From: Podarcis muralis
Lineage: Eukaryota
Assembly: GCF_964188315.1 (NCBI RefSeq)
Contig: NC_135667.1
Span: 9,672,001 to 9,736,000 of the forward strand
Reading direction: 5' to 3'
DNA length: 64,000 nucleotides
Below are positions 50,671 through 62,850 of this stretch, piece by piece; position 1 is the first letter of the stretch; every line of letters starts with the position of its first letter. The position numbers and the translations under genes are program-made. The notes under the pieces are model-generated. The model was not told the origin of the DNA and made no database searches. It was given only the letters and a program-made list of their open reading frames with translations.

Positions 50671-53459
50671 GACTTGTATATATCAAAGTATGGGTTGGAG
50701 AGTATTACTTTTTACTTTTACAAATATTTATATACCACTACCTCATATAGAAAATATTGAAGTGATGTATGGCAAATACAAAAAGAGACAGTATTGTGCA
50801 GTAGTTAGAGAGTTGGACTAGGACATGAGAGAGCAGGGTTCAAATCCCCACTCATCCATGAAATTCACTGGGTGACCTTGGGCTATCCACTTCCTCTCAG
50901 CCTAACCTACCCTGAAGAGGATGAGCATTATATAAGCCGCTTTGAGCTTCTTGGACAAGAAGATAGGACATAAATGCAATAAATAAATAACACGATAAGA
51001 ACAATATAAAAGCAATGGAGGAATTGGAAGGCACCAGCCATTCACATAGAATCCATGCAACTCAAAAGAGCTGTAGACACATGGATGTCTTCAGAAGGCA
51101 TCTGGAAGTATGAAATGAGGGTGCCTGGAAGATTGCCATCAGAAAGACATTCCACATTCCTGGGCCAGCTATGCTAGATGCTCAGTTTTTCAAGGACGCC
51201 ACATTCCGTTAACAGTATTCCTTAAACATAGCTCAGTGATATATGTTTGAGTGAAGGGTTCTGGTGGTCCTAAAGCTATCCTGGACCAAACTTGTTAGGG
51301 GCTTTGTACATCAAGGGCTGTGAACTTGGGCCCTGACCCATTTGGGGCTTTGAACTCTAGTATCTAAACTTTTAATCAGGCCGAATACCACATAGAAGTG
51401 TAGTGCTTGAAGGACCTATGATAAATTGTCCCATTCCCCTGCTTGAAGGACCTGTGTACTGCTTGAAGAATCCTGTGATAAATTGTCCCATTCCCCTGAA
51501 GAGCCCCAACAGAAGCATTCTGCCCCAGCTTCCAGACAGTTTTCAAGGGTAGCTCCACATAGAGTGCATTTGCAATTAGACTAGATGTCTGCAGGTCTTT
51601 CTTTGAAACCCCTAACTCCCTCCTGTCTCTCTGGATTCAGTGTAGCTTTCCAGTGCATTCTCTATCAAGAGGACTACCTTGTGTTTTTTCTAAAATTAAG
51701 TAATTACATCCAGTGCTCCAAACAAGCCAGATGACATCTGGAAGTTTAGTTAGGGGTTTGCCACTTTGCTGAACATTCATGGGTGGCCACGCTTCAAAGC
51801 TTCTCAGTTTCAGCTGCTACCGTTCTTCCGGCATTCAGCATTCAAATGAAGTGGAAGCTGGTGTAGAACCACAGGTGGTTGTTTCAGAACGAAAACCACA
51901 TGGTCTGAAAATAAGCCCGAGAGCCTCAAAATGGTATCTTGTAAAGCAGGTTGCAGAAACCTGTTGTTGTTGTTGATGATGATGATCTCATATTTTTAGA
52001 GAGCAAAGAAAGACTGAAGCTAATGACATTTTCAGATTAGTGAAAAATACAAAACACTGACATATTGGAAGGGATCTTAGAGGTTGTTTAGCTCAATGCA
52101 GGCTCAACTTTGATGCTTCTCAATGCAGGATCACCTTTCATATTTTCCACTCCTGTTATCTAATATCTTTTTGTGAGTCCTTTGCTTCTACAGTATACTG
52201 TCAGCTGTTGCATCCGTACAACATTGTCACTGGGTGCACAGAGCAAGTGGGTCAATGGCAAGGTGAAGTTCCCCTCACCTGGATAGATTCTATAAGAACA
52301 TAAGAGCTCTGATGGATCAAGCCCAAATATCCATCTGCTCCAGCATTCTACATTCCTCAATGGCCAATGAGGTGGCTCAATAAAATAAGAACGTAACGAT
52401 GAAGGCACACTACCTCTGGAAATTTGGCTCTTGTGGACCCAGCAGCCATTGATAGAATTTATCCTCCATGGATTTGTCTAAAACCCTATTGAAGCCGCCC
52501 AAAACAGTGGTCAAGACCAGAATTCATGGAAGTTACTTCTGTGTTTCAGTGTTTGTATTTATAGAAAACACAGTTGACATCCCATACATGTAAAGTCTAT
52601 TTCACCTGCCCTTGCTTTGTCACCCCCACCAATCTGAGAACTATTGCTGTGTACGAAGAGGAACATAAGAAGAGACCTGATGGACCAGGCCAATGGCCCA
52701 TCTAGCCCAGTACTCACAGTGACCAAACAAGTGCCCACGGGGAGCCCCCAAACAGGACCTGAGTACAACAGGACTCTCCCCAACATAGGAGCCAACTCCA
52801 GGGGGCCGGGGGTGCTTGGGCACCCACAATAATATAATTGTGGGGGCCAGGCACCCACAAAGTCAATGAGAAAAGGCAGAAGATGGGAGCAGTATTGCCT
52901 CCAAGAGAGGAGTTCAGCGCCACCCTCCGCAGCCAGCAAGCGAGGCAGCCTTTATTGGGGGGGGGGGGGGGCTTGGACGCAGAAGTAGGGCACCCCTGCT
53001 CCCCAGTTGTGATTCCCAGCATCTGGTATTCAGAGGTGTATTGCCTCCTGCAGTGGAAAGTGGAAATATATGGTCAATTAATTCCTCTTTCCTATTCCAA
53101 GGTTACTGATGTTACCTCTCCAATGCATTTTTATTTTTTTACAGCAATATTCATCATAAGCTTTCCTCAGGAGGATTATCTGTATCTTGCACTATGTGTG
53201 AAGTACCAAATTTCAGCTATTTGCTAGAGAAGTATGCTATTCAATGTTTTGTTTCGTTTTTAAAAAATAGGCCCTTGAGTAAGACTTAAGCATCCTTCTC
53301 TCTAGTAATGTTTGAGAATTCATAAGAATGCAAAAAGAGCTCCACTGCATCAGAACCAAAGGTCCATCTGTTCCAGCATCATCTTCCTCTCAGTGGTCAA
53401 CCAGAATCATTTATGAAGCCCATGATCCCTCTCTCACAGTTGTCTCCCCGTGTCTGGTA

Positions 53460-53700
53460 CAGTGGTACCTTGAGTTACAAGCACCTCATGTTACAAATAC
53501 TTCAGGTTACAAACTCCGCTAACCTGGAAGAGTTACCTTGAGTTGAGAACTTTGCCCCAGGATTAGAACGGAAATCTTGTGCCAGCGGCACAGCGGCAGC
53601 AAGAGGCCCCATTGGTGAAAGCACATCTCTAGTTAAGAACAGTTTCAGGTTAAGAATGGACCTCTGGAATGAATTAAGTTCGTAACTAGAGATACAACTG
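53460..53700. mobile_element. Tc1/mariner MITE
   Basis: cagtggtaccttgagttac ... gtaactagagatacaactg with TA flanks. Confidence 0.8.
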
Positions 53701-54526
53701 TATTCAGAAGCATGATGCTTCTGGTCCTGGAAATAGCATACAGTCATTATGGTGAGTGCTATCATTGGCTAGTAGTCATGGGCTAGTGGCCTATGGGTGG
53801 CGCAGTGGTCAGAGGGCCAGACTGGGACCCGGAAGACCAAATCACTGGGTGACTTTGGATCAGTCACTCTCTTTTCCTCGAACCGCCCTTGCAGGATTCT
53901 TGTGAGGATAAAAGGGGGAGGGGGAGAATAATGAGCTCCTTGGAGGAAATGTGGGATATAAAATGCAATAATATTTACAATAAAATAAATAGAATAAGAT
54001 ATTTCCTATGTGAATGTTGTTATTTAACATCAATTCATTGGGTGTTTTTTGGGGGGTGGCTATGTTATTTTTATCAAAAATGTATTAGTTTGATTTTCCA
54101 CTTTACCACTTGACTCTTGATGGACAATCTAAGTCTGTTGTTTTCAATTAAAAAAACACACGAACAAAACAAAACTTTTCTGTCTCATTCTCTGATTAGT
54201 GTGCAGTTAGCAAAACAGATGCTAATCGATTTCCCCTTCCAAACCAACCTCATTATCTGCTTCCCCTAATGTACCAAGAGAACAAAAAGTTTGCTACTAA
54301 CTCTTCAAAACTTTGTTGCCTGATTAATTCCCATGCCTATAGATTAATTTTGTTCACATTTCTGCAAGATAACCCCAGTGGCCTACAAAACTTATTGAAT
54401 TAATTAAAGTGCTTTACAGTCTGAAACTTCTGCCAAGGGAGATGATCAAAAGGATTTTGCTAACTTTTCTCCTACTGTAAATACAGTAACCGGATTTTTT
54501 CCTGCTATAAAATTATACATATATAA

Positions 54527-54569
<43 letters not shown>

Positions 54570-54904
54570 ATATCAGGAGCTTTAGGATGTTTGATTTCAT
54601 GTGCTCATCCTAACTTAGACCCCATCTGCGCTATTCATTTCAAACAGTATCATACCACTTTAAGTAGCCATGGCTTCCACAAAAGCATCCTGGGAACTGT
54701 AGCCTGTTAAGGGCAAGGAGAGTTGTTAGGCGACTCCTATTCCCCTTTCTGGACCACAGTTCTCAGGGTGACTTAACAATCAATCCCTCTTCCCAGGAGC
54801 TACATCCACTAAGAGCCTCTTAAAGCCTTTGGTCTCCACTGCACTGGGTAACAAGAAGAATTGGGCCAAACATTCAAAAGTAAAGTCCAATCCAATTCAT
54901 ATCG

Positions 54905-54971
<67 letters not shown>

Positions 54972-56234
54972 ACTTCAAGATGGGAAAGGGAACAACATAA
55001 AGGAAGGAGTAATTCGGAATTGCCCCCAATCTTCATAATGGCACAGCTCCATCCTATGTCCAAAGTTAGGACTGCACAAGTTGAGGCACTCAATACAGGC
55101 TAGCTGCTCTCGAAGTCGTTTCTAGCAGAAGGTTCAGTTTGAATTAGGCACCATCAAATTTTGATTGTGGAGCTGGTTTTCCATGTTAACATTTACCTTC
55201 GAAACATCACATACCAGTTGTGTGTCCCAGAAAAAATGGGACATCCCTTTCCCCCCCCATGCGAGATCACAACAGCCATTTTGCATGCTGTGAGCTCTCC
55301 CCGTCTGACCCTGGAAAAACACTTTGATCAGGGTACAGTGAGGCGTGGTTCACATGACTCACCTGGGTGTGCATCCCAGAAGATACGCATCCTGGTATCA
55401 GATCTCCAGAATTCGGAGGGTATGACATCAGAGTGGTTTTCTTACATCCTCCCTGTACTTTTCTCAAGTCCAAAGTTGATTTTTCACACAGTAGCTATCA
55501 CTGGCAGATTTCATGAGAAAACTATTAGAGGAGGAAAGGCTCATCAAGTTTGTCCACCGTTGACCCAATGAAGCAGATTGTAACAAGCGACCATATTTAG
55601 CAACAGATCAGCCATTTTTACTATTTTTTAACCAGGATACCTGATGGGAGCCTCTTTTGGGTTCCTCCGGATGTGAATTTAGGGCTGTAGCCAACTAAGT
55701 TCTACCCTGAAATTAAATGGCCTAAATTGGCAGCTATATTAACTTCAATGGGTCTACTCTGAGTAGGACTAACTTTGAAGACAACTCTTAGTATTATAAA
55801 AGGAGTTGTTCAGATATTGTAAGTGTGTGTGTGTGGTTTATTAGAATTCCCCCTGAAAGGATAAATCCAGATTAAATGGGGGTGGGGGATTCTGAATGCC
55901 AACAATGTTGTGTAGATGCTGGCAAAAATGTGTATGCATTAGAAGCACATGGTGACCCGTTTTATGTGATTTGTTTCTCTCACAAATTGGACTTTTCACA
56001 ATAGGTATGAGGGTTGCTAGTAAAACCTTTGCAGAGCTGCAGTTCCCAGCACCCTCAGTAAACTACAGTTCCCAGAAATCTTAGGGGAAAGCCATTATTT
56101 TTAAAGTGGTATAGGAGTGCATTAAATGTATGGTATAGGTGTGGCTAGTGACTTGTAACCACCCTGGCAGAATATATGAACAGGGGCACAGGCTTCCTGC
56201 CTCAGATGGTTGTTGTGCTTACAAAACTGCATAG

Positions 56235-56251
56235 TGCTGCCCCCTAGTGGC
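56235..56251 (+). promoter_or_regulatory. CTCF-like motif (copy 1)
   Basis: tgctgccccctagtggc closely matches the vertebrate CTCF core consensus; identical at 62483-62499. Confidence 0.65.
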
Positions 56252-56331
56252 ACTTAAAGGGTTATTTAATCTTCGACAGTAAAGTAGATTAGATTTGTAT
56301 CCTTGAAAAAGATACAATGATTGGTATGGGT

Positions 56332-56663
56332 CAGGGGTCTGCAACCTTTAAGACAAAAAGAGCCACTTGGACCCGTTTCCGAAGAAAAAAACAACTGGGA
56401 GCCGCAAAACCATTGTGACATTTAAAACAAATATATCTCCGGAGCCGCAATCTGACAGCAGGCGGGAAGGTGACGTCGGGACGGTGCGTGACTAACGCAC
56501 GCACCGCCCCCATGCGACATCACAGCAAGTACAGCGCCCGCCACAGTGGGGAGTGTCGGGGCGCACAATGCGCCTCCTCCCCTCGCTAGTATCCGCCCCG
56601 GAGCCGCGGCAAAGGTGTAAAAGAGCCACATGCGGCTCCGGAGCCGCGGGTTGCAGACCCCTG
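56332..56663. mobile_element. hAT-type MITE with perfect 8-bp TSD
   Basis: TIR caggggtctgcaacc ... ggttgcagacccctg; TSD gtatgggt; absent from the duplicate at 62.2-62.85 kb. Confidence 0.92.
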
Positions 56664-56969
56664 GTATGGGTGTAAGGAATAAAAACACAATTTCCTCAAA
56701 AAAGCTTAAGTTTTCTTAAAACAACCATACTGGGAGTAAGAGTGATTGCCAGTATCCAGTTATGTAGAACAGAGTTTTCTGTTGCTTGAAATTCAAGCGG
56801 CACACATGATATGCCAAGTTCATTGACTTTTGGAAACCATTGATTATTTTAAAAGAAATTGGTTTATTTGGGCTTCAGATACACCACAAAATGTTTCATG
56901 AGCCTATTTTAGTCAGTTCACTTTTCCCCTTCCTCCTGTTGTTTCAAACTCCATGAACTTAAAAACATG

Positions 56970-57385
56970 TTTTCAGTCAAAAGCATATTTCAAAGCATAT
57001 TTCACCTGCTTGTTCCACAAAGCTGTAGACAGAAGTGGTCATAAGAGGACAAACCACAATGTTGAGAACAGCCACAGCCTTATTGAAAGGCTGTACTGCT
57101 CTGGTTTCATGTGCAGTGGTATCTCGGGTTAAATACGCTTCAGGTTACATACGCTTCAGGTTACAGACTCCGCTAACCCAGAAATATTACCTCGGGTTAA
57201 GAACTTTGCTTCAGGATGAGAACAGAAATCATGCTCCGGTGGCGCGGCGGCAGGAGGAGGACCCATTAGTTAAAATGATGCTTCAGGTTAAGAACAGCTT
57301 CAGGTTAAGAACGGACCTCTGGAACAAATTAAGTACTTAACCCGAGGTACCACTGTACATAGAGATGCAGCTTCCATCGGAGCAA
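56970..57385 (-). pseudogene. OR 3' fragment (TM6-TM7-tail), frameshifted and split by a Tc1/mariner MITE (about 57115-57355)
   Basis: Homologous to 58360-58505 (tacatagagatgcagcttcca; agaggacaaaccaca.tgtt.agaac). Confidence 0.85.
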
Positions 57386-57479
57386 AGTGTTGTGGTGAAT
57401 GCTTCCTACCATGAATGGCCACATATGTTCCAGGTTGGCTTGCTCTAGATTTCCAGCCCTGGATGCAGATTTGGCCTAT

Positions 57480-57990
57480 AAGGCCTCAAACCAGGTTTTT
57501 TTATATATAAATAATAATAATAATAAATTTTTATTTGTATCCCACCCTCCCCGGCCAAAGCTGGGCTCAGAGCGGGTAACAACAAGTAAAAATAGTACAG
57601 TGTACATAAAATCACACAGTCAATTAATAAAAAAACATTCATTCTAAAATGAGTTCAGAATCAAATTAATGGCAACCATTGGGTTAGAGTTCTATGAGGA
57701 TTAGATAAAGGAGAGAGGGGGATAGACTGTGCCTTGGCCAAAGGCCTGGCGGTACAGGTCTGTCTTGCAGGCCCTGCAGAAAGATGTCAAGTCCGGCAGG
57801 GCCCTAGTCTCTTGTGACAGAGCGTTCCACCAGATATGGGCCACGGCCGAAAAAGCCCTGGCTCTGGTCAAGGCTAGTCTAACCTCCCTGTGGCCTGGGA
57901 TCTCCAAGATGTTTTTATTTGAAGACTGAAAGGTCCTCTGTGGGACATACCAGGAGAGGTGGTCCCGTAGGTACGAGGGTCCTTGTCAGC
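57480..57990 (-). mobile_element. L2 LINE 3' end (second subfamily)
   Basis: ORF 57701-57907 RARAFSAVA..WWNAL..ETRALPDLTSF.RACKT.LYRQAF, with an (AAT)n-like tail. Confidence 0.8.
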
Positions 57991-58289
57991 CAAAGTTCAT
58001 CAAAACTCGGTTCTGGCACCTCTCAGGTGGGCACCATTGCCATTATAAGAGAGCAAGGGAGAGGTTCATGATGGGCTCTGGCATCTCTTTTTATAGAAAA
58101 ATAACACTGCCTAAAACTATGATTCTATAATTTTCTGACTATGAAATAAGAATCTGGTGATAATTCAGAGGTTTTCCACAGCAATGAAGGCTTTTGTTTT
58201 AACAAGAAAACTATTTATTTGGGCTTCTGAAACTCCATAAGAAGTATCATGGGTCTATTTTAACCAGTTCATAACTCCCATTCCTTCAA

Positions 58290-59252
58290 TCATTTCAAAC
58301 TGCATGAGTTTCTCTGCATTTTATTAAATACATGCTTGTAGGCAAAAGCATTTTTCAAAGCATCTTGGACCTGCCTGTTCCTCAGGCTGTATACAAAGGG
58401 GGTCATTAGAGGACAAACCACATTGTTAAGAACGGCCACAACTTTGTTGAAGTTTTGCCCACCATCCCGCTCAGGTATGACGTACATAGAGATGCAGCTT
58501 CCATAGGTGACAGTGACAATGGTGATGTGGGAAGCACAGGTGGAAAAGGCCTTCTGCCTCCCTGCAGCACTTGGGATGTGGAGAACAGTTGAGATTATAT
58601 TCACATAGGACACAACGGTGATAGCTAAAGTCCCCAGTAGCGTAAACACCGAAAGAATAAAGCTGGAGAGCTCTAGGAAATGTGTGTCACCACAGAGAAG
58701 ATGGAGTAATGCTTTGCTGTCGCAGAAGAAATGGTCAATGATGTTGGAGCCACAAACAGGAAATTGAACATATAGCAGAGTTTGAGCCAAAATCACAGCA
58801 AGCGACCCAATCCAAGAGAACAGCACCAAAAGTGTGCAGAACCTCTCATTCATGGTGGTGGTGTACCTTAGGGGGTTGCAGATGGCCATATATCGGTCAA
58901 AGGACATCACAGTCAGCAGGAAGAAGTCTGTGGTGCCCAGGAAGAAATAGAAAAACAATTGGCTTATACATCCAGCATACGAGATTGTTTTCCTGCCAGA
59001 TGCAAGGTTGAACAACGCCTTTGGGATGGCAGCAGTGGTGTATCCAATCTCCAAGATGGCATAATTCCGTAGAAAGAAATACATGGGTGTCCTGAGGCGG
59101 AAATCCATGAGAGTGATGGTGATAATCATCATGTTTCCCGTTACAGCCATCAGGTACATGATTAAGAAAAGGACAAAGAAAAATATCTCTAGTTTGCCAT
59201 TCTCAGTGAATCCCAGCAGTAGAAATTCATTGATCTTTGTTTGGTTCTCCAT
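58290..59252 (-). CDS. Olfactory receptor, family-6-like (different subgroup), intact, 320 aa
   Basis: MENQTKINEFLLLGF, LRTPMYFFLRN, MSFDRYMAICNPLRY, KAFSTCASH and LMTPFVYSLRN motifs. Confidence 0.95.
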   Translation of the reverse strand: MENQTKINEFLLLGFTENGKLEIFFFVLFLIMYLMAVTGNMMIITITLMDFRLRTPMYFFLRNYAILEIGYTTAAIPKALFNLASGRKTISYAGCISQLFFYFFLGTTDFFLLTVMSFDRYMAICNPLRYTTTMNERFCTLLVLFSWIGSLAVILAQTLLYVQFPVCGSNIIDHFFCDSKALLHLLCGDTHFLELSSFILSVFTLLGTLAITVVSYVNIISTVLHIPSAAGRQKAFSTCASHITIVTVTYGSCISMYVIPERDGGQNFNKVVAVLNNVVCPLMTPFVYSLRNRQVQDALKNAFAYKHVFNKMQRNSCSLK

Positions 59253-61895
59253 AAAGTCTTGACTTTCATGAGTTATCTGCTGGCAAAAGATGAGTATAGA
59301 TAAGTAGCATTATTATCATTATCATTATGAAGTTAAGCCAAGCCTGCCTGGATCAGACCACAGAATCATATAGTTCAGCCTCCTGTTTCATACATTGACT
59401 CAGAATCGGATTCATAGAATCACAGAGTTGAAAGGGGCCACAAGGGGCATCTAGTCAAAACACCTGCAATGCAAAAATCCTTTTGCCCAGTGTTTGACCT
59501 GAACCCAAGACCCTAAGATTAAGAGTCTCATGCTCTTCCAGCTGAGCTAAATAATCTGTGGAAATTCACACAACTGGATTCAACTGACCATACCTGCAAA
59601 GATAGAGGGAAAATGTCCATTTACAAGTGCCATTTTTATCCAAAGCACACATGCAAAGAGTCAAGCACACATGCATACACTTGATCACTTGCAAAGTCCT
59701 TGTCTGACAACATATCTGAAAAGAAATTAATTGGGACCACCAATATTTATTGGTAATTGACATTCACACAAATGGTTAGTACTTCCACTTAATGAAGACT
59801 TAATAACAGTGTTTGTGGGATAGTGTGCGAGGAAGACAGTTACTGAATTTGCACATCACCAGGGTTGGTCCTAACTTATGCTGAGTGAGGCAGTTACGTA
59901 CCTTATGGAACAGAAGATGAACGGTATTACTGCAATGTTTAGGACAGAGTTGTGGACACCACAAGCCCTGCCATATAATCCTTCAGCTAAAGTTTGGTAG
60001 AGGACTTCACTGTGTCACCAGTGTTGACGTAAGAGTCAGCTGCCACAGTATAGGCAGTTTCTGTAGCTGGAGGGAAGGTGACATCCTGCCCTTTGCCACA
60101 TGCTCCGTAATACCTCATCTCACCATGTCCATTGTATTGTGACTGCCTCTGCCCTGAAAGAGAGTCTGACTTCACTGTGACAATGGTTGGATTACCAAAA
60201 ACACAATTTGAGCCAATGGGATTGTGGCAGGAAATTGCTACAACAGCTTTGCTAACCATCACGGAGCTCAGGTCAGAAAATCACCATGTACGGCATTTGT
60301 GGCTTGAAGTCAGAGTACATAGAAGCCTTCCTGCCCAAAATGGTTGTGAGAGAGCTCTAAGATTTCAAAAAGTGTGTAATTGGAGTCCAGCCACAGTGCC
60401 TAAAGGAACACAGGTGGAAGGGAGGAAATACTATGAATATAATGGCAAAAGTGGTCAAATTCTTCTATAAATAGTAATAGTAACAATAATAATAACAAAA
60501 AAAAAATATTTATACCCCACCCATCTGGCTGGGTTTCCCCAGCCACTCTGGGCCACTTACAGCATATATAAATATTGTAAAACATCAGACATTAAACATT
60601 TCCTGATACAGGGATGCCTTCAGCTGTCTTCCTTCAGAAGAGCATAGCTGGCATTCACCCCTCAAGTCTTTCCCCTTCAATCTGAGGGTGTTTTTTTGGG
60701 GAGAGGGAGGGGGGAGTATTATAGATGTACTATATGTAATTGAAATAGGAACAAGCAGATCTATTGATTTTGGCTCAAATCTCATTCACATGCATTAATT
60801 CTGATTCTATATCAATTTGATCCTTTAAAAATAATAGTCCTGCCAAACAGATAAACACAGATATATAGATATGCTCTCACACACTGATGAAGCCCTTATT
60901 ATGTTAAGGAAAGCATCAACATTCTTCACATTACATTGTTGTTAAATGTGTGTTGTTGAAGGCTTTCAAAACAACTAATAACACATAAACGGGGGAGGGG
61001 GTGTTTTTCAAAAATTTCAGTTCTTGAAATTTTGGAATGCTGTTCTCCAGCCAAGTAGTGGGTGCAGATGTGCTTATACTAGGATAAAAAGTCCATTAAA
61101 ATGCACACATTGGTGACAATAACATGTCAAAGTTCATTATATTATGATAAATTGCTTTTAAAAATATGTAGATTAGGAAGAAATGTGCGCATTAGGGAAA
61201 ATTTTTTCATGAAGACTTAAAAAAATATGTAAATACAAGCTGATTTGCCAAAAATTTGTACTAGTTAACTATTTAATCATATAGCTTGGCACTGATACTA
61301 CCCTAGATATCTCTTTCTAAAAAAAAAAAGGGGGGGAGGAATAATTGACGTGTTTGCCCATAATGAAAATAAGAAAACTCTGAATACCTTTATAAAGCAA
61401 AGCAGTATAATATGCTAGAATATGCCTCACCTTGGTATGATGCAGCTTTCAGCACCAGATCTATAATATAGATTTCCTGTGCCACTTAAATCTTATCATG
61501 GCTGGGTGTCTTCCATCACCCTCTCCATAGAATACTAGTGAGACAAGCTTTATTTAAAGGACCCTTGGGAGGAGGATGTTCATTCTTAAGTGGAACAAAG
61601 CTGTTTTAATTTGCACAGATTAGCCTTCTCCAACCCGTGCTCTCCACATGTTTGGACCACAGCTCCCAGCAGCCACTGCCAGATTCAGAGGGTCCCAAAT
61701 TCAATCACCTGGTTAGGAGCTGATGATTATTCCAGTCTTTCCGAGGCCTATCTGAAGTTGGTATCACTTGAACCCAGGACTTTCTGTGTGCAAATCAGAT
61801 GCTCTATCACTCAGCTCTCCCTGCCCCCCACAGTTGAATGTGTTGCAGCCATAACTAAGGACAGGAGACAATTGGCCAAGTGCAGGAAGTCCCCA

Positions 61896-61941
<46 letters not shown>

Positions 61942-62240
61942 CACATACATACTGGACCTGTCAGCATGTTGAGCAAAGCAAGAAAACGACTAGAAAGAGT
62001 GGTTATATATGTTGCCCAAGGACCCTTTTAGAAGATGGCAAAAATGTATCTTTGGATCTCTGTACATCAGTGGTGGGTAACTTTGGTAGGACCACACGTT
62101 CGCTACCCTTGCTCTGTCTATAGGCACCACCCCTCTCCTTTGCCTGCTTAAGTGACGGTCTGCAATGCTTAAAAATGGGCCCATTTTCACAATAGGGTAT
62201 TCCAACCAGAAGGCCCAGTTTTCACAAGAACGGAGGTCGC

Positions 62241-62850
62241 ATGAGGGTTGCTAGTAAAACCTTTGCTGAGCTGCAATTCCCAGCACCCTTAGTAAACTGC
62301 AGGTCCCAGAAATCTTTGGGGAAAGCCATGGTTTTTAAAGTGGTATAAGAGTGCATTAAATGTATGGTATAGGTGTGGCTAGGGACTTGTAACCACCCTG
62401 GCAGAATATATGAACAGGGGCACAGGCTTCCTGCCTCAGACAGTTGTTGTGCTGACAAAGCTGCATAGCATTTCCTTATATTTGCTGCCCCCTAGTGGCA
62501 CTTAAAGGGTTATTTAATAATTTAAACATAATTTCCACAAAAAGCTTAAGTTTTCTTAAAACAACCATACTGGGAGTAAGAGTGATTACCAGTATCCAGT
62601 TATGTAGAACAGAGTTCTCTGTTGCTTGAAATTCAAGAGGCACACATGATATGCCAAGTTCATTGACTTTTGGAAACCAGTGATTATTTTAAAAGAAATT
62701 GGTTTATTTGGGCTTCGGATATACCACAAAATGTTTCATGAGCCTATTTTAGTCAGTTCACGTTTCCCCTTCCTCCCGTTGTTTCAAACTCCAAGAACTT
62801 AAAAACATGTTTTCAGTCAAAAGCATATTTCAAAGCATCTTTCACCTGCT
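62241..62850 (+). repeat. Recent segmental duplicate of about 56006-57010 (OR 3' flank and last OR codons)
   Basis: Long near-identical colinear blocks; ends in the antisense OR tail QVKDALKYAFD* (62813-62850). Confidence 0.92.
62483..62499 (+). promoter_or_regulatory. CTCF-like motif (copy 2)
   Basis: tgctgccccctagtggc, identical to 56235-56251. Confidence 0.65.

Noticed and set aside
60007-60013. Perfect heptamer CACAGTG (minus strand) after a YC-containing stretch, suggesting a second V
   Set aside because: No nonamer at 12 or 23 nt, and no Cys/Trp V framework upstream.
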